Under the pieces are notes generated by a model. The model searched no databases. It was not told the origin of the DNA and worked only from the letters and a program-made list of their open reading frames with translations. A stretch of DNA of 62,537 nt, the filler included. It is 16 parts of 16 records of this genome, joined end to end, with 100 filler letters (N's around TTAATTAATTAA, not from the genome) between each part and the next. Parts side by side here need not be neighbours in the genome. Positions count along the whole stretch, not along the records: positions 21,736 to 24,038 come from SRR9188676_1878; positions 24,139 to 26,724 come from SRR9188676_1883; positions 26,825 to 29,366 come from SRR9188676_1885; positions 29,467 to 33,199 come from SRR9188676_1886; positions 33,300 to 36,897 come from SRR9188676_1898; 11 more parts are not named here. One strand, 5' to 3'. The translations under genes were made by a program, and so were the position numbers. This document shows, in pieces, positions 23,002-35,246 of this stretch. Numbering within the stretch: position 1 is the first letter of the stretch; each line of letters starts with the position of its first letter.

Positions 23002-23937
23002 ATGGCCGGTATTGTACAACAACAGATTGAAAGGGAGCTTCTGCGCGCTGCTCAAGCCATCGAGGATGAAGTCGATAATCAGCTCAAGTCTCTTGACCAC
23101 ATGGAAGAGGATGATCTCGAAAAGATTCGCCAGAGGAGGATCGACCAAATGAAGCATGCACAAAAGAAGAAGCAAGAATATTTGGCCATGGGTCATGGCG
23201 AATACTCTGAGATTGACGAAAAACAGTTCTTTGATGTTGTGAAGAAGAGTGAACGAGTTGTGGTTCATTTCTACCGAACCACTACCTTCCGATGCAAGAT
23301 TCTTGATAAGTATGAATATACTTTACTTATATCTCGCCAATGCTAATCATTTATTTACTTTGCTCTCCTAGACATCTCGCCATCCTTGCCAGAAAGCACA
23401 TTGAAACGCGATTCGTACGCCTCGATGCTGAAAAGGCGAACTTCCTTGTGGAAAAGCTCAAGATCTGGATGTTGCCCTCTTTGGCTTGCATTAAGAACGG
23501 TCAGGCCGTAGACTATGTGGTTGGCTTTGACGATCTTGGTGGCAAGGGTAAGAGATCCATCTTTTTTTTCTCATATATATTCTTTATTATTCGTATAGTA
23601 TTATTAGTATTATTCTGTGGTATGGTCAACTTTGGAGGCTTGCCATCTAGTCAGATTTATGATATAACAATTCCTATTGCACACGTCATCAAGTGAATTG
23701 GCTCTCTGTCTCTTGACTCTTGACACCTGGCACTCCACTAATGCACATGTCGCACCTCCTATTTAAAGCTTCCTTTGCACTAATCATCCTCTCTTTTTTT
23801 CAGATGACTTCTCCACCAACCTTTTGGCAAAGCGTTTGGCCAAACCTGAAATCTTGACTTACAATGGTGATGTGTACGGCAGCACCCAGGAGGCCCAGAA
23901 CGATGCCTACGATGACGATTCAGATGAGGATTTCTAA
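23002..23937 (+). CDS. TXNDC9: Thioredoxin domain-containing protein 9 / phosducin-like protein 3 (complete, 3 exons)
   Basis: GHGEYSEI...FFDVVKKSERVVVHFYR...RCKILDK/HLAILARKHIETRF..DAEKANFL..KLKI..LP...DYVVGFDDLGG/DDFST..L..RL. Stop TAA at 23935-23937. Confidence 0.92.
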
Positions 23938-24138
23938 GTTCTAATTCCTCCCACAATGTCTCAATTCGTCGGACATTTATCATTCATTTTCTCCATCATA
24001 ACGCGCAAGTTGGATCGCAGGGGAATGGATTTCCTGTCNNNNNNNNNNNNNNNNNNNNNNNNNNNNNNNNNNNNNNNNNNNNTTAATTAATTAANNNNNN
24101 NNNNNNNNNNNNNNNNNNNNNNNNNNNNNNNNNNNNNN

Positions 24139-24167
24139 GAGAGAGAGAGAGAGAGAGAGAAGAGAGA
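24139..24167. repeat. (GA)n microsatellite at a contig end
   Basis: Similar contig-terminating simple repeats occur at 26695-26724 (TA)n, 33176-33199 (GA)n, 40550-40568 (GA)n, 43236-43248 (GT)n and 62512-62537 (GA)n. Confidence 0.95.
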
Positions 24168-25194
24168 ACTCCCAGTATTGTTCCAGTTTGACATACCGGC
24201 ATTCTTCTCGCCAGGGGGCTGATGGGTCGAGTCGGGATATGTAGGGGAGGTACCGGGGGTGCAGCGCGATTTTCAGTAGGCGCTGAAGGCGCTGGGTGCC
24301 CGAAGGGGGGGGTATGAAGGCTATTCTCCGATACGGGGGGGCGCGGCGAGTGGTCGCTGGACCCCATCGGGGGGGTAGGAGTCGGCACAAGAATGTCAGG
24401 GGGAGGGGGGGTATGATCGAGATTTTTGCCCGGAAAGGTGGATAGCTCAGGAGAGCCGCTTTCCCCTTGCTGCAAAAGGTTGTGAAATTAACAACCAGAA
24501 AAATGAAACAGAGAGAAAGAAAGAAAGAGAGAGAGGGTCAGAAATCAACATCGACAAATCAGAAGGGGGATGGGGATGAGCTTTTTTTGTCCGAAAAATG
24601 AATATGCAGTCAACCCTCGCAAATGCACAGAGTGCAAGACTGACTGCATTCTCCTGTCGATTAAGAAGAGAATTTGAGGAGAATGCAGGCGAGAGTTCGT
24701 GCATTTTGAGAGGGTTGACTGGAGAAGGGGGTGGGAAATGGACGGGGTTAGGAGGAGGGAAGAAAAGGGGGAATACTACTCTGGGACCGATAACCAGGGG
24801 TCATTCAGGACGGGGGCATCGCACCCAAAGCGATTTGAATCCAGAAGATGGGGTGTGTAATTTCACCTGAATGCCCCCAAAGAAACAAGCTCGGAGCTTT
24901 GTCACAATATGGATCACCGTAAAATCAAACCAACCATACTCAATTTTCGTTTTTTTTGTGAAAAGCAGGGGCTTGGGGGCACCTTTTCCAGTCAGGGATT
25001 TCGATTAAGGTCGGTTTTGAATTTCCATGATCCACGTGTAGGTGTTCCAAGATACTATGCCTTTCTCCAGCAAGAATCCAGAATCCAGCAGATGGGATGT
25101 GTAATTTCACCGGAGGGGGTTTGTCACAATATGGATCACGACAAATCGATTACGATTGATTTCCGGTTGATCCATACGTATGTGTTCCGAAATA

Positions 25195-25644
25195 CTATAC
25201 CTTAAGTGACACGACATCAGCATCAGGTGACGGTTTATTCAGGGGGGTTTCAGCCACTGGGGGGGAAGACTGCATGACAGGGGGGGTTTGCAGCACGGCT
25301 CCTAATGAATTTCCACGCGATAGGGCGGGTACAGCAGTCGTAGCAGGAATCGAACCAGATGTGGGACCAACACCAGGAGGAGGTATATGGGGTGCATAAT
25401 TAGAGCCCAGAGGTTGCGAAACTTGTATTTGTTGTTGGTGCATTTGGAGTTGTAACTGCTGTAGTTGTAACTGAAGTTGCAGGATTTGTTGCTGTGCAGC
25501 GTCTAGGGGGGGTGGCTGGGCGTTAATATTGGTACCAGGGGGAGGTATCGACGTTACAGCCGCAGCTTCAGCTGCTGATGTGACATTGTTGGTGTCAGTT
25601 GGGAGAGCACCAGACCCGCCACGTGTGCGGTCTTGACGTGACAT
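25195..25644 (-). CDS. Gln/Pro-rich low-complexity exon of an unknown protein; may continue into the Pro-rich frame at about 24170-24475
   Basis: ATG-initiated 149-aa ORF with a QQQILQLQLQLQQLQ tract, ending at an AAG/GTATAG donor. No domain recognised. Confidence 0.45.
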   Translation of the reverse strand: MSRQDRTRGGSGALPTDTNNVTSAAEAAAVTSIPPPGTNINAQPPPLDAAQQQILQLQLQLQQLQLQMHQQQIQVSQPLGSNYAPHIPPPGVGPTSGSIPATTAVPALSRGNSLGAVLQTPPVMQSSPPVAETPLNKPSPDADVVSLKV

Positions 25645-27105
25645 GTGCGCGCGATGCCGTCTGGATAGAAAAAGAGAATGGATGAAACAAGCAAACAGTC
25701 AGGGAAAATAAATAGAAGCAACAACAGGGGAAAAAAGGATGGATGAGATCTCACCTCCATCACACACCAGCGAAAGAGAAAAAATGGTACGATAAAATTG
25801 CACGTAAGTGGAAGGCCGCCCAGTTATACGAAAAAATATATATATTCTTAGAGCGATCGAACGGTCAGCCATTCAGGCTTCGAGAAGTCCTTCTGTTATC
25901 TGGTGCTACGTACTAAAACGGGAAATCTCTAACAAATACATACACACGCCCTAGCAACAGCATAATTCGAAGCATAATCATCACTCAAGTGCCTAGCAAC
26001 CCTCATCTCTTGCTGACTCTGAACCTCGCATCATATATCGAGGTCCAGCATTCTATCTCCCGAAAAAATAAGTAACAGCGGCGGCATAACACAGATAAAG
26101 TAAAGTCAGGGTTGTGTTCCACACGGAGCAGTACACGAACAAAAGCACCAACACTCCAGAATTGGATAACCGTTTCTGAGAAAAATACACTATCAGGACG
26201 ATTGATAATATCATTTTTGTAAGGTTCCCGTATTTTCAGCATGCCCCAGCCCTACAAAGTTCCCACAATTGTACCAACCACCCCAGTATCATTATGAAAC
26301 CAGAGAACATTACAGACCCCCCCTGGGAGGAAGGCTGCAAAGGGGTGGGGTGGGGGTGGGGGATACACATGGGGCAGAACACGTGTACTCGACACGGAAT
26401 TATGCATATAAATGCAGGAAGTGATATCGAACATATGAAAATAGTCTGAAACAGTTTACAACTCCCCGCAATAGAAGTACAAGCAGCGGGTGCGGGAATA
26501 ACAAATCCAGCACCCGACCACCCCGACCACCCCCATCACAACCGCTGTATAGTCCCATAGCTGGAATGCCACAAAAATAAACCAAAAGCACATAGCGAGG
26601 GACGGAGGGTGTAGATGCGGGGCAGCACACGTGTACCAAGCATGTCATTAACATATATGTGTAAAATAACCGGAATTATCAAGCACTCCGATCCAATATA
26701 TATATATTATATATATATATATATNNNNNNNNNNNNNNNNNNNNNNNNNNNNNNNNNNNNNNNNNNNNTTAATTAATTAANNNNNNNNNNNNNNNNNNNN
26801 NNNNNNNNNNNNNNNNNNNNNNNNTGTATCAGTGTATTTTGCCCTGTTTGCCCTTCTACTCCGTTACTCCAGCCTCGCTGTTCTGCGTTGTCCGTGACAG
26901 ATTCCGAAAGAGTCCATTGTGCGAGGTGCGTGAGTGAAGTGGATGGATATGATTGAATGGATTGTTTGAGCTGGGCCTCACGAAGCTCAGACCGGGGGTG
27001 AGCTCAACGGATACCTGTTCGAAGCCATTCGAAGTCCGTTCGTCTGCATTCGCAAGTCCGTTCCTTCAGAATCACTGTGACACTAGTCATCATAGAGTAA
27101 AGTGT

Positions 27106-28363
27106 TTAGCTGGATGATGAGCTTTCCTGTAATGTTCGCTTGTTATGTTCGATAATCCAGTCAACAGCAGCAGCAAAGGAGGCACACATGGTGTTCGGGC
27201 TATGACCGGCTCTGAAAGACAAGGATAGATGAGATGACACTAAAAAAATCACAATAGAATCCAAGGAGAGCAATCACCCTACTTTGTTTCATCACCAGCG
27301 CGGTACTTTCCAGTCTGCACCAGAATCCCCCTCAAACCGGCATCCTGAGCGCCAAGCACATCGTCGCGAATATCATCCCCAATCATCACAACCTCATCGG
27401 GATTTACACCTCTACATACCAGAATATATCAAGAAAAGAAGGAAGTCAATGGTGCTTCCATCGGAGATGAATGAAAAAACGTACAAGTGCTCTACAGCAG
27501 CACGGAAAAACAATACACTCGGCTTTCCAATAATCTCGCTTCCTCGTTCGCTTGCAAATTCGAGGGCAGAAACAAATCCTCCAGAGCCCATGGATACGTC
27601 GCCTGTGTGAATATGCCCTTATACATACACTACAAGCATTTCACTGATTCATCTACGTACCATCTGTGTCTTGGAAATACCGGCTCCGATTCATTGCAAT
27701 TATACGAGCGTCCTTATTTCTTTTCAGGATCCGAAAAGCTTCATTCAGCTGGATATAAAGACAAGAGAGTGAGAAAGGTTCTATCACACGCTTGAATATC
27801 GAATAATACCTCGTCATAATGGAACTTTTTAAGTCCGATGACGACAGCATTTGGTTCGGCGGTACTGATCCCGTCGAAATCAGATTTGACCAAGTCGGAC
27901 ACAACAAGAAACGGTCGAAGATTTTCCTTCTCAAGGAATTGTTTACATGCGACAGGAACGGTCATCAACTGTTTTGATGAAGATGAGCTATCTGGAAAAA
28001 AAAATGGTTACGATCGGCATTTCACCTCCGAATCATCAGCATCAAAGCCACATGATTGAAGTTGTTCTAACACCATCTGTCTATCATCAGAAACTGGTGT
28101 AAATGGAAGCAGTTACGAAGGAAATCGTGAGTCCTCCCACTTTGTCTCCTTCGAGTTATTCGTCACAAAGCGAACTCCTGAGCCTGGAAGAAGAGCAAAC
28201 TCGCTTCTTAGCCTCTTCAGAGCCTGTATAATCTTGTCAACATATTGCCGAGGGAAGGCGTCGGGGGGGTAAGACGTACATCCACACAACCATCAAGCGC
28301 GTGTTTTCCAACAACCAGAGTTCCGCTGAGATCAATAAGTACACCTCGGATAGCTCTTCCCAT
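27106..28363 (-). CDS. HDHD2: HAD-superfamily class IIA hydrolase, HDHD2/LHPP-like (complete, multi-exon)
   Basis: [10 protein letters not shown] (motif I), [86 protein letters not shown]. Confidence 0.9.
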
Positions 28364-29964
28364 GACGAATAATGATAATATAAGTGGAAATCCCAGAAGA
28401 CGTCGACTCGAGAGACGCTCGATCGTTGCAGGGGGACACAATGGGAGTAATGAAACCTTCGACTTTTTTGGGGGTAGAACGTGTTTTTTTCACAAAACTT
28501 TTGCACGTCCGGAACGGGCCGAGCGTGCGTCAGGAGATAGACATCTAAACGAAAGGTATCCAAAGTTCCAAAAACAGACAAAAACATGAGACAGCAGTGC
28601 CCGCAAGGAGGCCTGCTGTCAACTCCGATCTCGGGTCTGTCTTTCCTGGTATCCCGAAAATCGAAGGAGTCCTACTGCGAGGGACGTTTCTAACCTCGTT
28701 CATCAAACAAACTCGAAGGCTAGACAAATCGAACTTGCAGTGATCGCTCGAGATTCAGGAGCGAGAAGTACGTAATCGTTTCTTATTCTCTTTAATTACC
28801 TTGTTGATGGGGGTGTAGTTATCAAGCTCACGATCATTCTCATATTCCTGGTGATGATGATTGTTCGATCCAAACACAAGCAAGAAGCTGCAGCCCGTTC
28901 ACAAGGGGATTGGAATCTGAATATTGTAACACCGAAGGAGGTCCGCATCATATGGACTAACTGAAATCGATGATTCAATGAGTCTTAAGATTCACCTCCC
29001 ACAATTTCCCCTGTCCACAGTTGAACCCATCTGATCAGGGATTCTTTTCACTGTGCTAGGATGTGGTTGTCAAGCTCCAGATGCTAGGCACCTTGGAGTT
29101 AGAATCAGGCAACGGACACAGCTCCAGTGACTCGCGGAGACCCCATTATTTCAACATTACAGAATGATTCAGCATCTTCAAGTGCAACTCTAGTGAATGA
29201 AAGAGAGAATTGTGATGTGTGTGTTGTTTTTTTTAAATATTTCGACTGCCTTTGGTTAGAATGCTTCATGTGATGAGTACCGGTGTGGTTTTCTCCTTAC
29301 CTCAGGTACCTATTCGCTCATGTTCGTTCCTTTACTTTTTTTCCGAACAGAAACGCTTTCTATGTCNNNNNNNNNNNNNNNNNNNNNNNNNNNNNNNNNN
29401 NNNNNNNNNNTTAATTAATTAANNNNNNNNNNNNNNNNNNNNNNNNNNNNNNNNNNNNNNNNNNNNCCAGAATCATTACATAATCTATTGCTAAACATCG
29501 AGGTATGTCTGAATGAATGGATTCTAGGCCGCTCAATGGTCTGTGATGTTTCTTGTATACGTCAGCTTTCCCTGAGGATGGGAATCCGCTCGAGATATTC
29601 CAAAATAGTCGAGTCAGTATCGAGCATGTGTACGAATGCAACTCCGCTCTGCCAGATGCCTGCCCCGCACGGCTCACACTCGCATCCGTCTCAGAGGCAT
29701 AAGCATATGCATAAGCATAACGAAACAAGTATAGCCGGGACTTTCCCGAATTTTAAACCCTCCCCCCCCACCCCCACCCCCGCGACACACATGGAAAGAG
29801 AAAAGGGGGACAGAAAAAGATCTCGATCAAAATTCAATGAGTGAATGCAAGGCTTGCAAGGCTTCGAGTTTGTCTGATTTCGCGAAACACGTTGCCACTT
29901 CAAGAGACATGAACGTGAAGAAAGAAGGTTTTCTTTTTCTTGCCAATTTTCTTCCAAACTTTCT

Positions 29965-31333
29965 TCACGCACCTCTCTTCGCGAGCACAACATCATCAGG
30001 AGAAGGTTCGTTGAAATCAAAGGGTTGCACTCGCTGCTTACTGCCCCCAAGAGAAGCGGGCTGCCAGGAGATAGTTAAATTGGAAACAAGCGAGCTGATA
30101 TCATGTGAATCCTGCAGCTCTGCGCACAGACCTTGTGCTAGAACTGAGGGCTGTGGTTCTGATGAAACTGCTGGTGATTTTACTGATGATGAGGCTACTG
30201 ATTGGGATGATGATTGCGTTGTCGATGTGGCTGCTGCCTGTCTCACAGTTTCTTTCGGCGAGGACGCAAAAATTGTTGGTTTCGTGGATGGGATCGATCT
30301 CGGTGCCTCATTAAGACCAATACCAGTGGTTTGTGCGGCCGAATTTGAGCTCTGAAGAGCAGAGGACAGTGCCGACCCCGATCGAGCAGTAGAAGATGTA
30401 GTAATATTGCTCTTCTGGCCTGGATCATGTGAGGAAAAAAAAAAGAAAAAAGGAAAAAAAAACGGGACTGACGCTCGTAAACCCCTATAAGGATGAAATG
30501 TATGAGTAAGTTACCTCCGGAGGCGAATGGATTCACGACTGCAGGCTTGGATGATGTCGTGGCAGCAGGCCGGAATGGATTATTGGCGGGAGCGGTGGCT
30601 TTATTTGCACTAGCAAAGGGATTCTGCTTCTGCTGAGGCTGCTTTGGTGGCTACAGCGAAATCGTATGAGTACAAGGGTCGATAGTAGATCGTGAGCGAG
30701 ATGATCCGCTCTATTTAGTGAGAACGTACAGGAGGTGGCTTGACATCTTCATCATCACCAAGGAGAGAATTTCGTGCCTTGATTACATCAAGATTATTTG
30801 CCTCTAAGGCATGGCCCAAGTCGGCATCTGAAAATGCATCACCGAGCAAATCCTATCGAGGATGGTTGAGATTGGAGCGGAGAAGATGGCAACAAGTTCG
30901 ATCAGAGAAGCAATACCTGAAGTTTTGCGAGGGCTTCGTTGAAAGCGGAATCATCCTTTAGTTTCTCAGCTGATCCTTCCCAATACTCATCAAAATATCT
31001 GGCAGAGATGTGAGAAATGATTCAAGCGAGTTGATGTGATTTCGTACTCTCCGTCATCTTCCTTTCCACTTCTATTGTACATGTACTACACAAAGAAAAT
31101 AAGTAATATTAGTGATAATTACTCATACTTTCAGGAAAATTCACTCACCGTTGCCTCCGTTCCGGGTGAAACACCATAGAAACCCTCTGATGGGGAAGCG
31201 GCAACATCGTAATCTAAAAAATGGTGAAGATATGAGTACAGAAATCGTCTACAGAATAAAAAAAATGTGGAAATGCAAGACTACCATCATCATCGTCGAA
31301 CGAAAGCTTCCTTAAATGGCGATGTCGAGACAT
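29965..31333 (-). CDS. HBS1L: HBS1-like / SKI7-like protein, N-terminal region (GTPase exons not in contig)
   Basis: Spliced: MSRHRHLRKLSFDDDD/YDV...FYGVSPGTEAT/YMYNRS (HBS1 N-terminal signature), helical HBS1_N-like segment DLLGDAFSDADLGHALEANNLDVIKARNSLL, then an exon with QPSVLAQGLC and PFDFNEPSPDDVV. Confidence 0.8.
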
Positions 31334-31649
31334 TCTTGATTGTGACAAACTGACGTGACCCAAGTTTTAGCAACCTTATGGCTTCTTGAGACCCCGACAT
31401 GGATTTCATTTCTGCCTGACTTTTCCCCACATAACATCAAATCGCATCGCACATACTCCAAGCTATGTACATATCATGCTTAAGCAAAGAGAGAAAGAAG
31501 ACGAGTGAGGCAAAGCCCAGAATTCTGTGCCACAAAGGAAGCGACTCTAACGATTCACATCAATCAGATCTCTTGTTCAGGGGGGTAGATCTGCTGTCTC
31601 TCAGATCCTTGATTGGCATCTTTTGGGCTTTTAGAGACTTCCTTTTGCG

Positions 31650-32680
31650 ATGAGTGAAGACGATTCACCCGAGGCACTTGCCAAAGAGGCTCGCTCTCGA
31701 TTCGAACGTGGCGATACAAATGGCTCTTTGAAAGTTTTGTCTCAGATTGCTAAGAAGAAGCCTGATGATCGAAAAGTAAAACATAATATCCATGTTTCGA
31801 CATATTACATGCAAGGCTGCCGCTATGCCGAACAGTTCATCAAAAGTTTGATTTCATTGCGTCGAAGCTCTGCTTCCGAAGAAGGTCTCGCAGACCGTGA
31901 GGGCGAGAATAAGCAAGATGATGAGATCGAAGATGACACCAATTCCGCTCTCGCAAAATACAATGAAGCTGTCGTATTATATCAGGTAGATAATTAAGCG
32001 CTCACAATAATCTCTTTCCATCAAATTCTAATATCCTTCCAACAGACCAAACAGTACTCTTCTGCCTACAAGACATTATGTGAGGTTTTCAAGCAAATTG
32101 AACCTCTCGAAGAGGGTCTTTCTCTCAGAATCTGGTTTGTTTTATTTTATTTTTTGCCCGTCTTCCTCTCTCCTTTCAAGAACGGTTATTTATATCATCT
32201 CCATTTCCTTCAGCTTCACACTCGTTGATTGCGCATTATATGTTGGTGATACTGAACGAGCCACCTTGGTTCTAGCATACCTCGAAAAGGAATTCTCTGC
32301 CCTTTTGTCTAAGGATGCAGTGGCCAATCCCACTCCTGGTGCTCTTGCCAATGCATTCAGTAACATTGAGATCAATGGCGGTGAGTGATGAGCATTTCTC
32401 TCGCCTTTTCTTCTTGGCATATGCCCTCATATTTTCCCATTTTGTAGAGCGATTTGGAAAACTCCCATGTTCAGATCTCATGATGTCCCCCTCTGAATTC
32501 AAGGCTGCTCTTCACTACTATAAAGCTGTATGCATTTTTTTCTTTTCGGAATCAATTCTATCATTCCATTTCTTTTCTTTCGTGAATCTAGACCTCTAAT
32601 CATTTATAATGTATACAGCGCCTTTATCTTCAGAGCAAGAATTTGAAGTTGAGCAAACGCGAAATCAAGGTTGCATTGAG
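31650..32680 (+). CDS. CNOT10: CCR4-NOT complex subunit 10, 5' exons
   Basis: LAKEARSRFERG...KVKHNI...YNEAVVLYQ/TKQYSSA...FKQIEPLEEGLSLRI/...LHYYKA/RLYLQSKNLKLSKREIK, matching CNOT10 N-terminal TPR motifs. Confidence 0.85.
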
Positions 32681-35246
32681 GTGAGTTGCATGCTTTGATC
32701 CAGCCCCAGTTAATGCTGTGAATACATCATCAACATCGAGCCATCCTATCAATATCTGCTTGTTCTTTTCTGATCTTTGCGGTCAATCCGCATTGATCCT
32801 GCCATCATTGATCCGTACATGGCAGGATCAGAAGATGTCAATTCAATTCGAAGACAAGCCATCTTCTTCTCATTCATTTATATTTCACATGCATCTGTCA
32901 TGTATGAGGTTCTATCCCTCCGCCATAAATTCAGCATCTAACGAACCAATTACTCACTTTCGCTCTTGTGTACTGTTTTCCTTTGTATCCTAACTCTGTA
33001 GTGTCGGAAGCGGTGTCAACCCTGGCAGCTCGCTGCATGCTGCATGCATTTTCTTGAAAGCAAAACTCGAGTACTTGAGACAAAATTACAGGAAAAGGTA
33101 TGCTGGGTGAAAACACGTCAAATATAGGTATCACTCGATAGATAGCAAACTTACCCTCCCCTCTTCCTCTCCTGAAGAGAGAGAGAGAGAGAGAGAGAGN
33201 NNNNNNNNNNNNNNNNNNNNNNNNNNNNNNNNNNNNNNNNNNNTTAATTAATTAANNNNNNNNNNNNNNNNNNNNNNNNNNNNNNNNNNNNNNNNNNNNT
33301 CATGGGTGGGAGAGACACACACACTCGATTCAACCATCTTTTTCACAGAAATCTTGAATTCATAATTCCGTCGAGGACGATGTGTGGTTTGAAGGGCGCG
33401 GGGTATTGTCGCGGCAGGTGTGCCCCATAATGTATTAAAATCTCTCTTGCCTGGAATTGTCGTCTCTCGAAACCATCTCTCTGAGCTACGTGCGTCACAA
33501 TGAGCGAAAATACCGTTATGAATCAAAAATGACTTTGAACTTTCGTTCAATCTAGCTAGACTGGAGACTGACGAGGGAATAGCTGTTCTCTCGCTTTCTC
33601 TCGCTTTCTTTCTCGCTTTCTCTCTCGCTCTCTCGTTTTCACTCGCGTTCGTCTTCTCTCCATCGTTATCTTCAGGGCATGTCCAAGTGCCCATCGCGAA
33701 GAGAGTCTCCCAGGAAGAAGAGACGGCTACGAAGGACACAGCGGCAACACGAAAGGCACCCTGAACATTTAGAGGCAACACGAAAGGCACCCTGATGCTC
33801 TAGCGGAGAGGAATCTGACCGAAAGACGTTTCAGGAAGAGCATGCTGACCATCCATTTTTAACACAGGTAACTCACTTCGCGCGTGGCTATACCGCCAAA
33901 AACTTATTTCTCGTATCCAGTGTGGCTAGCGCCAGAAACACAAGAAATACAAGATAACATTCCAGTAACTACGCGAGAATTTGGTCAATATGTTCGCTAT
34001 TCATGTTCCTGCTCTCTAGATTGTCTCTATTTCACAGCAAACAGGCCAGGCTTTTTCATAATTCCTCCAGACTCTTGAATCTGAGGGATCTATGAATACG
34101 AACCTCACCCTTCCATGATGTGAGAAGAGGAGAATGGTTATTCAGAATCTCTTCGTTCCTGATTTTTACTGTTTTTCTTTTATTATTATTATTTGTAGCT
34201 TCAAGGGACTTCCATTCACTTCTCCAGGTAACTTGGAAAGATCTAAGGACGAGTCTTTTTCCCAATTCAAGTTTCTTAGATTTGTGTCATTGCATCCTCG
34301 CTCTGTTCCCTTATTCTTTGCATCCTATTTGTACGCTTCACAGGCTTATTTTGTGCTTCATCTTTGAAAGTTCCAGCCACGCGTCTTCCCTTTACCATCC
34401 ACACTTTTCCGACTCTTTGCCACCCGACCACTGGACCCTCGCCTAACTATGATCATGGATAATCTCCACCGCCCGTGAGCCTGCGGCCAACTTTTAGGTT
34501 GGAGAGATGAAGCTATCAAAAGAAGCTAGAGAGACACTTCTCTGAAAACATCGTAAAATCAGTTTCTACGTCCACATTCAGAGGCGCAAACAGAATAGGG
34601 AGGAGGTTTCTCATCTCAAAAGCTCGCCGAGCACAGCAGCAAGATTCTCAAAAGCTCGCCGAGTCAATTGCGAAGAATGATTCTGGCGGAGCCTGAAAAT
34701 AAAGACGTGTCTTAGAAAGCAGTTTCCATCAGGAAAAGAGAGGAGATGCGTACTTCACTGGAGTAAATTTGTGTTCATAGAGATTTTCTTTTCCGATCCC
34801 TCAAAGGCTATCTAGACTTGTATCATAGTATTCAAAATCCTATGAAGTGGGATTAAGTCGGATAGAGAGGAAAAAGAAGTAATGAGGTATATACAGCTTG
34901 TTGGTACATAGAGGATATAGTGAGAAAAATGAAAGCAGGAAGGCGAGGTTGTGTCTCGTAGGCAGAGCTGATTCTGACCTTCATCTTGTCGTGCATGATA
35001 ATTATTCATTCGTCTTTCTCCAATTCTGCTCCAATAGCCGGTTGATGTGAAATCTCCGGATGAGCTGGTCTTGCTCAGCTCTCAGAATCCGAACGGGTGA
35101 TCTTATAGACCTTAGAGAGAGAAACGGAAAAAGATAAAGAGAGAGTTGTGGATATGAACATGGATAAAAAGAAAAGAAGGCTATTAGGAATCAAGAAATA
35201 CCTGGACACAGAGGGCATTTATTCCCATATATATGATCTTTGTCAC

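Noticed and set aside
28580-29366. Possible gene divergent from HDHD2
   Set aside because: An exon-like frame ends at a GTACGT donor, but I could not find an in-frame start or any homology.
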